Shown: positions 35,591 to 48,729, counted from the stretch's first letter. The stretch: 64,000 nt of DNA from Guillardia theta CCMP2712 (GCF_000315625.1 NW_005434658.1:339139-403138); one strand, 5' to 3'. Notes: generated by a model not told the origin, from the sequence alone. Made by a program: numbers and translations.

Positions 35591-38034
35591 TGTTAGCGGG
35601 CAGGTTCTCACTTCATCGTATCTAGGCAAACCACTGAATGTGAGAATGGTGTTCCGTCGTGAAAATCCTTCGTAAGAAAGATCGTTGTATCTCTTCTTGT
35701 GTGTAAAACCCCCAAAGCATGCTCGAGCATAGATGGTAGTGTGCAGTTAGACATGTTATGTCTAGGAAAAATCTCATGATTACAACTCGTTACCCATGAG
35801 ATCCTCACATAGTAACATTGAACACCTTGCACATACCACTGTGATGACTACTCTCAAAGGAGCCCTCCCGTCTCTGCAACTCGCTGCTGTACACGTATGC
35901 TCCTCGTCCTCGTCGTGATCCTCGAGAGACTCGCACTGCCCTCCTCTTCCTCCTCAACCTTGAACTCCTCCTCCTACCTCCCATGTACCTTCCCCTCCAA
36001 CTAGCCCACCACCAGCTCTTGCCATGCCCTCCCCGGGGGAATGTGCCTTCTGAGGTGAGCTTCTCCCAGATGCATACGGTAGTAAACAAAAGGGGGGTGG
36101 GGTTGTGAGAAAAGGTGGGTGGGGTGAGCTGGGAATGAAGGGGTGGTTTCGGCCTGACTTGAGATTGCAAATGGTAGGGTACTAGATTTCTTCCAAGAGG
36201 GTGGTAGGGGGTTCAGTACCTGCATCTAATAGAGGTAGAGCTAGGAGATTTGGGGGGTAGGGCTAGGAGATTGGGGGGGTAGGAGGGGTTCATATGTAAG
36301 TGGGGTGTGATTGAGGACCGGTGGTCATTTATGAACTCTAAAGAGGCTGGAGGAATCTAATGATAGGTTGGTGGATAGGGAGGGGTCATTTTTAGTATAA
36401 TTGATTCATGAAAATGGCGGTAGGTCATACATCGGAGGGGTGATTTCATGTAGAGGTGGGATACCACCCACTGTTAGCCCATCCCTGTCAAAAGACTTCT
36501 GTACCTGGGGTAGGGGTAGTGGCTGCCCGGCACCAGCGGCTCGAGTCGGGAGTCGGCCCCGCTGATATTAACGACTTCAACTTGCGGCCGGGCCTGCAAA
36601 GCGGGCGGCGGAGGCTCCGGGCCCGGCCAGACTCTTCAAGTCTCAGTTAACCAGGCTTAGCCTTCAAGCCCGGACGCCGACCACGACGGTGCTGTCCAAT
36701 CGGACGCCCCTGCCCACTCGCCCGCCGGGGAGTCGGACGGTCAGGCGAACCGGGGCCGTGGCCGGGGTCACTGGTACGGTCACCCGGCTGACCGGTGCCG
36801 GACCGCCCGCGCAGTGAGCGGGGGCGGGCCACTGACCGTACGTGGCGGCCCGGCCAAGCCCTGCCCGGGCCGTACGCCGGTCTCGCCCCCCCGGCCGGGC
36901 GGGGCCGGGCCCCGCCGGGCCCTCGGATGAGATCGGTTCCCGAGCCGGGCCCCACAACGGGCTGAGTGGCGGGGTACTGCGGCTCTGAGGGATAGGGGTC
37001 CTTGAATGGGATTTAAAGGGGGTGGGGGAGGGTCTGCCTCCACGTCGGCATGGCCGGTTGTGCGACATTTCACCGGTGGTTTAGCGCAGGGATCAGGGGG
37101 TGGGGTGAGGATACAGATGACGGGTAGTTCCATGACTTCAGGACGGTAGCCTAATTTCTTAGGTAGTCCTCACATTCCTAAGACGTGGGCGTAGGAAGTC
37201 CTACACCGCTAGGACCCAGGGTTTGAAAGATGTACCGTTTCTTGTCAATGAGGGGTTATGGGGTCCTGGAAGGTATGGAACTGGGGGGTGGGTATTCAGA
37301 TTGGATCGGATTTGATGGATTTAATGGGTACTTTTTGGGTGAAAAGGGTGGGTCCATGTTTCAGGACGGTGGGAATGATTGCAAAGGAAACGTGGATGGG
37401 GTAGGGGTCATGGATTTTACCCAATGGGGTGGGGTGGGTTCAGAGGAGCTGCCAATGGTCTGGGTGGCACTTGAAGTCGGGCTTACGCCATGGCAGGTGA
37501 GAAGAAAATGACGAACAGGCCATGATGAAAACATGCGTGAGAAGAAGAGATGTCATGATAATGAGAAGATGATTCGGAGTTGATTTGATGATAGTGATCT
37601 TAGAGAGAAGGAGAAATGCAGCAAACCAACAAAGGCGGTCAAGGGATCACAGACGAGGAGGGCGATTTGCGGCTTAGGAATGCTTAATTCTCCTCAAACA
37701 AGTATCGACACCAATGAGTCAAGGAGAATTCAGTTTGCTCCCTGTTCCACTGGGGAGCAAACTACTCAATCTTTCCTGTGTTCGGGTAAAGTAGCTGTCT
37801 GGTATGAACACGATTGATCGTCCTCGGGTGAAGCGTGTGCATCTGTCTTTTTGATCTATGTGTTGAGAGAGAAGGATGTAGAATTATGTCTTTCCGTGTT
37901 TGGAGCAATAGCGTGACTAGAAGAAGCGGTAGAAGAAAGTGTTGTAAGGTTACAACCACTCGTTGGAAAACATTCGTTGCTTCTCTTTCAACAAAAGAAA
38001 AGTTGAGATATCTTTCACAAAATCTTAGCGCTCT

Positions 38035-39090
38035 TTGTTAGAAACAAGAGTTGGCGACAAGTATAGCACATGTTTAGGGACGGAGGAGGAGGAGGAGGAA
38101 GGAGAGAAGCAAGCGAGCAGGCTCATCGGTTCGCAGGTTATGGATGAGAACAAGGATGGTGTCGTGAGTGATGCTGAGATCGCCAAGTTTCAAGACTCCG
38201 TCGTCAAGTCCCTGGAGAAGATTTTTGTGCAGGGAGAGTTCAAGTGCATCAGCGACTCCAGGGTTGCATGCACGGCCGAGGATATCAAGCTCTACTTCAG
38301 GCTGACTCCCAAGACCAAGGGAGGCGGCCAGCCGGAGAACGAGGAGGAGGCGTCCAAGATCATCGACTTCTGGATCAGCTCCTTGTACAAGGAGCTCTCC
38401 TCCCCCTTCTCCGACTTCAGGCAGGATCAGTTCACCAAGAGGGCCATCTCATGCTACGTGATGCCCGAGTGTGACAAGGCAGAGTGCAAGAGAGTGAGGG
38501 ACCTCATGAAAGCTAGGGACAGCGCGATCTGGGAGGCCGACAAGGACATGGTCGACAGCATGCAGGCCGCCAAGAAGGCTCTTTCGGCCAGAATGAAGGC
38601 AAACAAGGCAGACTCGGCCGTGCTCAAGAGCTCTGTGGCGTTCAAGCTCGCCGAGGCCAAGTACGACAGTCTGAGGACTTTGAACAGAAGCTCCAGCGAG
38701 TTGGAGGCTGAGTACAAGGCGAGGCAGCAGGAGCACGAGAAGGTGGTTGACCAGGCGAACAAGGTCGCCACCTTCGCCAAGGAACTGATGACGAGCGCCG
38801 AGAACAGCCGCAGCCGCGCGGTGGTCAGCTCTTATCAGGCCACCATGACGTGCAGGAACTTCAACAACCTCTGCTACTCCGCCATGTCTGCCTGCGCTGA
38901 GTGCGGGTGGAACAAGGAGGTCAAGGCTGCCAACAAGACCCTCTACCGTTACGTTTGCCCGGACAAGACGCCCGGCAGTGAGGTCGGCCCCTTCACCGGA
39001 AACTTCTACGACGCGGACAGGCAGACCTACTTGACCTCTGACTTCGAGTCTCCTTCCTCCCTCGCCAAGACTATCGTAGGATCCTCGTGA
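38035..39090 (+). CDS. EF-hand, helical/coiled-coil, Cys-containing hypothetical protein; last exon from ~38137, upstream exons unresolved
   Basis: EF loop DENKDGVVSDAE; long open frame with GC3-rich coding bias; TGA at 39090. Confidence 0.75.
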   Translation: MLETRVGDKYSTCLGTEEEEEEGEKQASRLIGSQVMDENKDGVVSDAEIAKFQDSVVKSLEKIFVQGEFKCISDSRVACTAEDIKLYFRLTPKTKGGGQPENEEEASKIIDFWISSLYKELSSPFSDFRQDQFTKRAISCYVMPECDKAECKRVRDLMKARDSAIWEADKDMVDSMQAAKKALSARMKANKADSAVLKSSVAFKLAEAKYDSLRTLNRSSSELEAEYKARQQEHEKVVDQANKVATFAKELMTSAENSRSRAVVSSYQATMTCRNFNNLCYSAMSACAECGWNKEVKAANKTLYRYVCPDKTPGSEVGPFTGNFYDADRQTYLTSDFESPSSLAKTIVGSS

Positions 39091-39257
39091 AAGGAGCTGG
39101 GAGGGAGCTAAGCTGAGCTGGCCTTGTGCTGAGCATTCATTAAGAAGTACATTTACATGAATCCTTCGAGAAAAGGACGGTTAAGCTGTCACACTAGAGT
39201 TCGGTCGTACTCCATGGTAGCGGACCGGCCGAGCGTGTCCTGCGGGGGATGTGAATG

Positions 39258-41832
39258 TTAGGGGAAGGGAAAGACGGGACAGTGGAACTGGGAGAGGGGG
39301 AGCAGGTTGGAGGAAAGGAGGAGTGGATAGGCAGGCATGGAAGGATTGTGAGCATGGAGGAGGACGAGGAGGAGCAGGAGGGGATGGCGGATGGAGGTGA
39401 GCGCTGGTACCTCGTATGTCGTCGTGTGGTAAGGGTAGTCGGACATGCCGATCGTGATGCTGGATCCGAAGGGATCCAACGTGGGCTGGGGAGGAAGGAA
39501 GTCAGAAGTCAAAGTTATCATTGAGGCTCCTGACCTTGGCTGGTTTCATAGTCGACTTCTCACTGGTGAAGTCCTGCAGACAAATGAAGGACAGAGAGGG
39601 AGAGGGAGAGGGAGAGGGAGAGGGAGAGGGAGAGGGAGAGAGAGAGGGAGAGGGAGAGGGAGAGGGAGAGGGAGAGGGAGAGGGAGAGGGAGAGAGGNNN
39701 NNNNNNNNNNNNNNNNNNNNNNNNNNNNNNNNNNNNNNNNNNNNNNNNNNNNNNNNNNNNNNNNNNNNNNNNNNNNNNNNNNNNNNNNNNNNNNNNNGGA
39801 GAGGAGAGGAGAAGAGGAGAACAGAGTTTTGGGGAAGTGACGGGTCACCATGGGTGTTCTTGAACTTGTTGTCGACGAGGATCTCAGGGACGATCCTCCC
39901 GCATGCCATCGACAAGTCCCTGGGGTGGGTGAGGGGCGGGGAAGGAGCAAGTCAAACGGCTGACCAGCGGGAGGGGATCACGTTGGGGTATTTCTCCATC
40001 GGCTTCCCGTGGAACATTCTGAGACAAACTTCTCAGGCAGAAAGATCTCCTCCTCCTCCTCCTCCTCCTCCTCCTCCTCCCTCCTCCCTCCTCCTCACCT
40101 GTAAGAAGATGTCTGGATTCCTCCTCCTCCTCCCCAGGCTAGCAAGTTCTGCTGGCTGTCAGCTGCTGCCGTTACATCAGCTGCTCCCACCTTCTGGCCC
40201 TCAGGACGTGGCGCAGGTTTCACCATCTTGGGAGTCTCCATGCGTGCGAGGACGGGGGCAGTCCTATGGGGAACCTGTGCGGGGTGAGGGTGAAGACGAG
40301 GAGGAGGAAAGAAGTTCAACCTTGGGGGGAGCATAGGTCACAGGAGCAGAGAGGCTGGACGCGCGGAAATCAACGTTGAGCTTGACTGGTGGGAGAAGAG
40401 TAAGAGCGAAGCAGGGAGGATGAGGAGGAACTCGAGAAAGGAAGAGAAGGAAGCAGAGAGGAAGAGGAGGGAGAGGAGGAGCATGATATAGAGGGAGAAC
40501 AAGGATAAGGAGGATGAAGAGGAGGAGGAAATGGATGGTAGTGGTAGTGGTGGTGGTGGTGGTGGTGGTGGTGGTGGTGGTGATGATGATGATGAGGAGG
40601 AGGAGGAGGAGGAGTTCGAGGAGGAAGAGTTCGAGGAGGAATCACCGAGCGGCACTTCCTTAGGGACATACTGCACGAGGTACTCGGAGGAATACGCGTT
40701 TCTCGACTGCTCGTAGGCGATGGAGAGGGATCGCATGAGCCTCACAAAGTCGTTGAGCTCTGACCCCGTGTAGTTCTTGATCTCTGAGCTGATCGTCTCC
40801 TGTAAAGGTGTTAACATCCTGCACCTGTTCCTCCCGTTCCTCCCCAGCAAGATTCTTCTGCTCTCTCTGTCGATCTTTCCCTTGCCCCTCTTTCCCCCCT
40901 TCCTCATCCTGAACCAAGCCTCCCCTTATCTCCTCCTCACCTTCGCCTTGGCATTCATCAGTTCGTTCAACAGCGGCTGCAACACCCTCCCCACGTCCCC
41001 CTGCGCTCGCTGCTGCACATCCTTGAGCGACTGCCCGAGGCCGTTGCAAGTCTGCTGGTACATCGTCGACCAGTTTCTCAGCTCTGTACCATCACATCCA
41101 TCAGCATTAAGATCATCAGACATCACTCTCCTGTACACGATCTGCTGCCCTCTCTTCCCTTCCCTTCTCTTCCCTTCCCTTCCCTTCCTCCCGCTCCCTC
41201 CTCGTCCTCGTCCTCATCCTCGTCCTCATCCTCCCCCGGAACGCCCTCCCCCCTGCCCAACATCCACAACCCCTTCCCCTGCTGCCCTGCTTCCTCCTCC
41301 TCGTTCTCACCGAGCTCCTTCTCTGCCTCCTCCAACGGTGTCAGAGTCTTCTCCGCTGACGTAGTAGTAGAAACAGAACCCCTGCCCCTCTTGTCAAACC
41401 TTGTCCTCCTCCTCCTCCTCTCCTGTTCCCCCCGCTCTTCCTCCACCCCCACTCCTCCTCCTCCGCCACTCCTCCTCCCCCCCACCCCAACTCCTCCTCT
41501 GCATGCGCTCTGACCTGCTAAACCCCTCGGGCCCTGTCTTGAAGAACTTGTAGAAACGCTTCTTGTACGGAGGATCAGCCTGGTTTCCCCTCATCAGCGC
41601 AGCAAGCTCCTTTCGCAAGCTTCAGCGGGCGTCACCTTGATCGCCCAGTCTTCAATGGCAGCTCTTGCTTCCGTCCGGACGTCGTCGAGTTCCTGCATCG
41701 CTAATCATGCGCTCGACTAGGAGAGGAGGAAGCTCACGAGGAAAGGCTTCACTGGCATCTTGAGAACCCCTCAAACCTGCACGCATGCTGGTCAGACCTG
41801 TTGGCGAGGACATGGCTCCAGGAGGAAGACAT
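39258..41832 (-). CDS. Hypothetical helical protein, multi-exon
   Basis: Exon-like segments MQELDDVRTEARAAIEDWAIK, ELRNWSTMYQQTCNGLGQSL and ETISSEIKNYTGSELNDFVRLMRSL, separated by microsatellite introns. Confidence 0.6.
39698..39797. other. Assembly gap (100 N)
   Basis: N run after (GGGAGA)n. Confidence 0.99.
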
Positions 41833-42409
41833 GTTGCTTCGCGAGGAGGAGGAGGAGGAGGAGAAGAAGGAGGAGGAGGAGGAGAAGGAGGAGGAGCAGG
41901 AGCAGGAGCAGGAGGAGGAGGAGGAGGAGGAGGAGGAGGAGGAGGAGGAGGAGGAGGAGCGAGGAGGAGGAGGAGGAGGAGGAGGAGGAGAGCAGGAGCA
42001 GGAGAGGACAGAAACTATCGCATGATAGACTCTAATGCACTATAAGGCATTCTCAGCCAGGATCCCTGGAGCATCGCATCCCTTCTCCTCTTATCTGCTC
42101 CCTCCCCCCTCCCCCTTCACCCTCTTCTCTGCTCCTGTGCTCTCTGCTCCTCGGTCCCTCCTTCTGCTCCTTCCTCGAGGTTGTTTCGCTCCCTCCTCCC
42201 TCCCCTTCCTGCCTCCCCTGCTCGCTCCGGTTAGCCGGGCATCGCCTGCCGTTGATCCTTCAACAAATTTCCAACAGAACCTTGCAGGCATATTTTGTTA
42301 TATTCTTTCACAAAATATATTATCAAGTTTTCAAATAAACAATCAATAATTACAATATAAGTCCACAAAAGACCCTATTGGGGAAAAATAGGGAGGCAAA
42401 ACGGTTTTC

Positions 42410-45356
42410 ATGGAGGCTCGAGTCCGGGAGGCGGCACAGCGACGGAAGTGAGAAAATGCTGCTGCTGCTCCTCCTCCTCCTCCTCCTCCTCCTTTCCCTC
42501 CTCCTTCTCTCCCTCCTCCTCCTCCTCCTCCTCCTTCGCTCCTACTACTGACCCTGACCCTGATCTCCATTGTCCTCCCTCCTCCCCTTCCGCCTCCATT
42601 GTCCTCCCTCCTCCCCTTCCCCAGAACTCTTCCCCACTCCAGGCTTGCTCCTCTGTCGAGCTGACCTGGTCACTCCAGAGAGCCATGCGTCCTCGACCTG
42701 ACGCCTTCCAACGTCCGAGACTACGAGCAAGTGAGTAGGATCGCTGAGGGCTTGGCAGGGGGAGGAGAGGGTGACGTGAGTGGGTCAGGGCCGGCTGTCC
42801 CTCCTGCACAGAGATGTAGAAGGGATCCTCGAGAGACATCAAGGTCAGTTGAACTTCCTTCTGTAGGCGGGAGGAAGAGGGAGCTGACTTCACCGTCCTG
42901 CAGCGGAGTACTTCGTGTCGAGGCTGGAATGTGCCAGGATTCGCTCGGGGTTCGAGATGAGGGTAAGGAAAGAGGTAGAATTTCTGGGTGTATCCGACCT
43001 CCCTCACCGCAGGAGGAGCTGATCAACTACAAGAAGGCGCTCTACCTCCTCTACCAGGTCTCAAGGCTGCCGGGCTGGTGCTCGGGGCGTTGGGCTCACT
43101 CCGGTGAAGGAGGGAATGCGAGTTGAGAAGGACCTCCGGCAGCTGACCGCTCTGTGCCACTGCCCCATCGTTGCGAGTGAGTCGCGGCAACAGAAAGTAG
43201 ACAAGGGCGCGTGACTGCCGTCAGGAGCAGCTGATCGCGATCGGCCGGACGGCGGCCCGGAGCCCCGGCAGCAGCAGGGGTGAGACGGGGCGGAGCCAGA
43301 GGAGCTCAGGTCCTGAGTCGGTTCCCCAGCTATGAGAGGCTATCAGAAGCACTGATGCAATGCAAGGGTCTAGTCCTGGCCATGCAGGATGCCCGGACCT
43401 TCACCAAGGTTGGGAAGATTCGATGATGCCCATGTCTCTCTTCAGCACTCTCCCATGTTCCAACTCCATCATGGCCGAGTCCTGCTGCTCTTCCCTTCCT
43501 TCCTTCCTCCTCCCCCGCCCACCTCCGCTCCTCGCTCTCTTTGCTTCTATCCTCTCAACGCGCTCTGACGCCCTTGCTCCACCTCCTGCAGTCGATATGC
43601 AGCGTCCCCCGTCATCCCGACGAAGAGCGCTTCCCTCAGCTCAAGTTCGCCTCCTCCCCGCACCAGCGTCCGGCCTGACCATGGCGGCAGATACCTTCCT
43701 GATTCCCTAATGGTCCTGAAGAGGATCCGGCAGTGTGAGAAGTTCCTTACCAAGACCGGGGGGTGCAGGGCCGAAGCTCTTGACATCCCATCGAGCCCCT
43801 CGCACGAGATCTCCTGGGGCAGGCGGGGATTCGAGGATAGGCTGCTGAGGACAGAGGGGGAGCAGGTGCTGCCTGCCGACGTCAGGGAGTACCTGTGGAA
43901 GAGCTTCGTGGCGAGAGGGGGCTCAAAGCTGATGGTGATCAGAGAGGAGCTGTACAACTATCGCTCTGCCCTGTCCTCCACCCTCCCGCTCTTCGACTCC
44001 TGCCTCGATCGCCTTGCGATGTTGGCTGAGCAAGAGCTTGACCTGCGGGAAGACGAGGAGAAGGGTGAGGAGGAGGACGGGAGCTCCCCCGTACGCAACT
44101 GCCGCTCCTCCATCAAGGCCAGGAGGCAACTGCAGCTGCTGCGAAGCTGCCGTGAGGGAGTCGAGGACACAGTCGGCTGGTTGTCGACGATTTTGGGGAT
44201 GTGGAGGAGGGAGAAAGGAGGAGAAGAGGGAGAGCAGGAGAGCGTGGAGGAGGGAGAGGAGGAGAATGCGACGGGCGGAGGAAAAGAGGAGTCCTGCAGG
44301 CAATCGCAAGTGCGGAACTTCGTGGCGGGAGAGGGCAGGAACTTCTGCCTCCCAAAGAACTTCTTGTTTCAAGTCAGGCTGAACCATCTCAAGAGGATCG
44401 TCTCCTCCTTCAAGCCCCTGGCCCAGCAGGTCATCAGCAGGAGTGGCTGGCCCCCTCCCCACCTCATCGCAGCTGGCAAGTTTCAATGTCGAGCCTGCGG
44501 CTTCTCGTTCGGGGACCTCTGGGTCCACCGGGGGGTCTGCGCGCACTGCGAGGAGGAGCAGCGGAACAAGGGGATGTGCCCCTACAGCGACGAGTGCAAC
44601 TTCTCCTACCGATGCTTCTGCCCGCACTCGAAGAAGTACTCTCCTCTCTCCTCGAGTGACCAACTCCTCTCCCTCCTCCCTCTCCCTCCTCCCTCTCCCT
44701 CCTCCCCCTCCCTACTCCCTCTCCCTACTCCCTCTCCCTCCTCCCTCTCCCTACTCCCTATCCTCCTCCCCTCAGCTTCTCGTTCACATTCTCCTCATGC
44801 GCTGACTCTTGACGTCATCAGGTGCATCCGGTGCGAGGATTGGTCCTGCGACACCTGCCGCCTCCACCGGCTGGACGGAGCGGGCCTGGTTGACCTTGTG
44901 AGGAGACTGCCAGCCACTCGCCTCTTCCTCGACTTCGACCAGACGCTGTGCAGCTCCAAGTCAGGGTTTCCTCCGGTCCCAGGGAAGCATCGGCTGCAGG
45001 AGGACGTAGCGGAGCTACTTCGCTGCGCACAGAGAGCGGGAGAGAACGAGCAGGGAGAGGGGGGAGGAGGCTGGGAGAGGAGCCTGCGCGTGAGCATCGT
45101 CAGCAGGAACCCCCACAAGAAGGAGATCATGGAGATGCTGCAGCGTCGGGGCATCGGGGACAGAGTTGAGGTCTGCTGCGTGAAGGTAGAGAGGACGACC
45201 AAGGTAGGGAAGATCGCTGACGATATGAGGGGGGAGGAGAGAGGAGCTGTTGCTGTGTACGCCGACGATGATGTGCGGGAGCTAATTGATCCGACCTTGA
45301 CCGCATGCTCGGGCCTGCACAGGGTGATCTTTTCCTTCCGAGAGCTCACCAGCTAG
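42410..45356 (+). CDS. Multi-domain protein with a Cys/His-rich zinc-binding region and a C-terminal HAD-superfamily phosphatase
   Basis: CRAC..H..CAHC..CPY..C..CFCPH/CIRC..CDTC, then LFLDFDQT (motif I), IVSRN (II), K (III), YADDD (IV); polypyrimidine intron ~44635-44821. Confidence 0.75.
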
Positions 45357-45547
45357 GACACCCTCAACGGGACAGGAAGGAGAGGCAAGTACCAGGAGGA
45401 ATCGCTGGGGGGGAGGGGGGAGGAGGAGGAGGGGGAGGAGGGAAGGAAAACGAGGGGAGCAAGGAGGGAATGCGATGAGAATGAATTATTCAGTCATGTA
45501 CGTCTGGAATCATAATCTCCCTCTCTTTATACTTGCAATGCGACAGG

Positions 45548-46266
45548 TCAGATTATGGCGAATCCCCGGTCCTCACTGCTAGCAAAGTGCGAGTACTTGA
45601 TCGCAAGCTTGTTGAACTGCTTCCCGCACTGGTAGGGTGTTCGGTCTGACAGCCTAGTGCAGTCACGAGCCCCTTCACGGGGAGGGTAGTCGATGTTGTT
45701 CTCCTCCACCAGCAGCGTGATCGGCTTCTTGTGCACTACCTCCGACCAGATCTGCTCGTACCTGCTGAAGAAGAGCTTCTCGTCCGCCTCTGTCCTGGGT
45801 CTATGCGCGATGTTTTCACAGTTGTCGTCGAGAATGCTTGAGATGGCGAACAGGTCTGAGCACGTTTCCATGTCGAGGTGCAGCCGGAAAACATCGTACT
45901 CCTCCGATATCGGCTCCTCCTCCTCTCCATTGTCCAAGATAACAGGTTGATGCTTGTGGAAAACGAGGGGCTTTGCTCTCACTTTGTACATCTTGACACA
46001 GGTTTCTGATCTCTTCCCGCAGCGAGCCTCTCTATTCCTTCGAGGTAGTCTTGACTCCTTGACGTTGATTGGGGATTCTCGTTCTTCGAACTTTTCTCCT
46101 CAGCCCCTTTCCTCAATCTAACACCCTCCTTGTCCTTTCTTGTCTCGTTTGCTTCCTGCTTCACCTGTAGTATATCCACAACACTTTCTATCCTCTCTTC
46201 TCCTCTCCCGTAGTGCTCTCCTCTCCGCTCTTCTCTCCTTTCCCCTTGTTTCTCTATTCTCACCAA
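45548..46266 (-). CDS. Hypothetical protein
   Basis: 147-aa globular-looking ORF 45548-45991 plus an upstream charged exon; no recognised motif. Confidence 0.55.
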
Positions 46267-47436
46267 ATCCTTTTTAGGGTCCTTTATTGTCAGATCCTAC
46301 CCCACCCCCTCCCTCCCGTGTTTTAAAATCCCGAGTCGCACAATGACCGGTAGTAGTATATCACTACATGTACCCTACCCCCCTCTTTCAGTCGAACCTC
46401 ACAAGTACCCCTCGAAGTATTAATAATATCCGAGTTTCTTGTGGGGTGGGGTCATTACGAAACTCAGTGACCCCTTATATTACACTCTGCGCGTTGTCCT
46501 GACACCAACCACCCCTCCATAGCATTCCGGTACACTACCCCACCCCACCCAAGCATGAGTCAGTCGGTCATGACTGAAAAAATTCCGTGCCGCCGAGAGA
46601 AGCCGGACACCCCGCAACCCACCCTACCCACCCTACCAGCAACGACCGACGAATGAGGGATACGACTACCCCCATGGGGATCAACAAATTAGCTTCAGTT
46701 GAGGGGTGAACAGGTTGCGGCCTCCAAGCCGAGGCTCCAACCCCACCCCCCCCCCACGCCCAATCCATAAGCGACTCCTCGGAAGGTCAATGGCCGTAGG
46801 ACCCACCCTTGCAATGATAGAAACTTCGAATAGAAAGAGACCCCTCCTGGGCGTTTAACGGCTGGATTTCAGTGGATTTGGAATGAAACGGGAGGGGTAG
46901 TTGGTCCTGACTGTGACGGCCCAAAGCGATCGAGGTTCGGATGCCACGGAACTTCGGAAAGCCAGGGGGGTGGGGTAGTCAAGGCTAAGTCAAACTCCGA
47001 GTCAATGCCCCGGTGGTAGGGGTCATTGCATGGGTGTGCCGAAAGGGATCAGGGGGGTGGGGTACTCATCTATCCGGAAATTACACGATGGCACTGCGCA
47101 GGGAAAAGACGGTTAAATGAACGTTACACAAGGAGTGAGTGACCTCTTCAGTGTCAAGGGTCAGAGTCTCCGGAAGTTCAGTGCCGGGCCCGACCCGGGG
47201 CCCGGGTCCACTTTGAAGTTTGTGCGGTCCTTGTCAAACTTCCTAACCCACCCCCCTTCTTGTCAACTTTCAGAGGTGAATTAGAAATTTAGGGGGTGAG
47301 GGGTCCAGGACTGGTACTGAAGGAAGGTAGCAAACGGGGTCCTCTATTGTTCGGGTCCATGACAAGGGGGGTGGGGTGGCTAAGGATCAGGGAGGGGGTG
47401 GGGTGGACTTTAGGTAACATAGCACTGGAAATTCAG

Positions 47437-48729
47437 ATGGGAAGAGCGGAAGAGAGGTCGATGCCGCAGAGAGCAGCAGCGATCCTTGTGCTAGCGCTGC
47501 TAGCAGGATCATGCAGATGCTCTCTTGCGCAGCCAGACCTGTGTCCCATCGGCACGTACAGCACAACAGGATCTGCTGTAGCTGGACTGGAGTACTGCGG
47601 CTCGACGCCCGGCGAGGGGGCGTGTGCATGTAATCAATCGAGCTACCAAGATAGTTCGAACTTCCCATGCACAGCAGGAGTGGACAACAACATCACTGAC
47701 CACATCCTGACTGCTGTTGAATCCGAGCGATGGTGGAGGATCGACCTCGGAGGATCCAAGTATGTCTACAACGTGACTCTCTGGCCCAGGTTGGATGAGT
47801 TTTACCTGGAGGACTCAAACACATCCATCTACATCGGGTCAGTCTCGTCCGACCCTTTCAGCAATGCTCTCTGTTGGAACTTGGGAGAGTTCAAGAGCGA
47901 CACGGCATCGCTCAGCATCACTTGCTACTTGCAGGGTCAGTACCTCTTTGCTTACAAGGCTAGCGCCAACGGAACGATGAACTGGGCCGAGATCGCCATC
48001 GCTGGCTGCGACGTTTGTCCTGCGGATAAGAACCGAACAGCCTCTGCAGGATCGACGTCGGTCAACGACTGCGGGAAGTTCTTGAGCTGTCCTGCCGGGT
48101 ACTTCAGCCTGTTCGCTGGTTGCCAAGCTTGCAGTGAGGGCAAGTACAAAGGAGAAGGATATGGAGGGTGCTACAACTGCTCAGAGGCCATCGCCTGCTC
48201 CGCCGGGGAGTACTTCTCTCCTTGCGATGGCACGCGCGATGGCGGCTGCATCCATTGCAGCAACCTCACCTTGTCTGACTGCGCTCCTGGCAACTACTTG
48301 TCGCCATGTGGAGGAACACAAGACGCGGCTTGCCTGGCATGTAGCAACGAGACCCTACAGTGCCCTGCAGGAGAGTACTTCTCAGCTTGCAACGGGGAGC
48401 GGGACAGCGGTTGTATCGCATGCAGCAACGTGACCTTGGAGTGTCCTGCGGGAGAGTACTTCTCAGCATGCAACGCCGTGCGAGACGGGACATGCTTGCC
48501 GTGCAACATCACTGTGCTAGACTGCAGCATAGGAGAGTACTTCTCTGCTTGCGACGGCACCCGCGATGGGGCTTGTATCCCTTGCAGCAACAAGTTGGAA
48601 GGGGAGAACACCAAGTACACAAGCCCTGGCATCCCTTTTGATGAAAACAACTGTGCTTGGGACTGCGTCAGCGGTTACTTGCTTCGTATGGACGACACAT
48701 GTCAACCATATTGTGATTTGCACCCTTGA
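47437..48729 (+). CDS. Secreted F-type lectin/F5-8C-like domain protein with 27-aa TNFR-like Cys repeats; intronless
   Basis: Signal peptide AAAILVLALLAGSCRCSLA; WWRIDLGGSKYVYNVTLWPR; about five CPAGEYFSAC..RD..C..C repeats; many N-x-S/T sequons. Confidence 0.85.
   Translation: MGRAEERSMPQRAAAILVLALLAGSCRCSLAQPDLCPIGTYSTTGSAVAGLEYCGSTPGEGACACNQSSYQDSSNFPCTAGVDNNITDHILTAVESERWWRIDLGGSKYVYNVTLWPRLDEFYLEDSNTSIYIGSVSSDPFSNALCWNLGEFKSDTASLSITCYLQGQYLFAYKASANGTMNWAEIAIAGCDVCPADKNRTASAGSTSVNDCGKFLSCPAGYFSLFAGCQACSEGKYKGEGYGGCYNCSEAIACSAGEYFSPCDGTRDGGCIHCSNLTLSDCAPGNYLSPCGGTQDAACLACSNETLQCPAGEYFSACNGERDSGCIACSNVTLECPAGEYFSACNAVRDGTCLPCNITVLDCSIGEYFSACDGTRDGACIPCSNKLEGENTKYTSPGIPFDENNCAWDCVSGYLLRMDDTCQPYCDLHP

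Noticed and set aside
36647-37133. Gly/Pro/Arg-rich ORFs in palindrome islands (also 6015-6467, 22749-23012, 25716-26209)
   Set aside because: High GC suppresses stops; no coding bias or protein motifs
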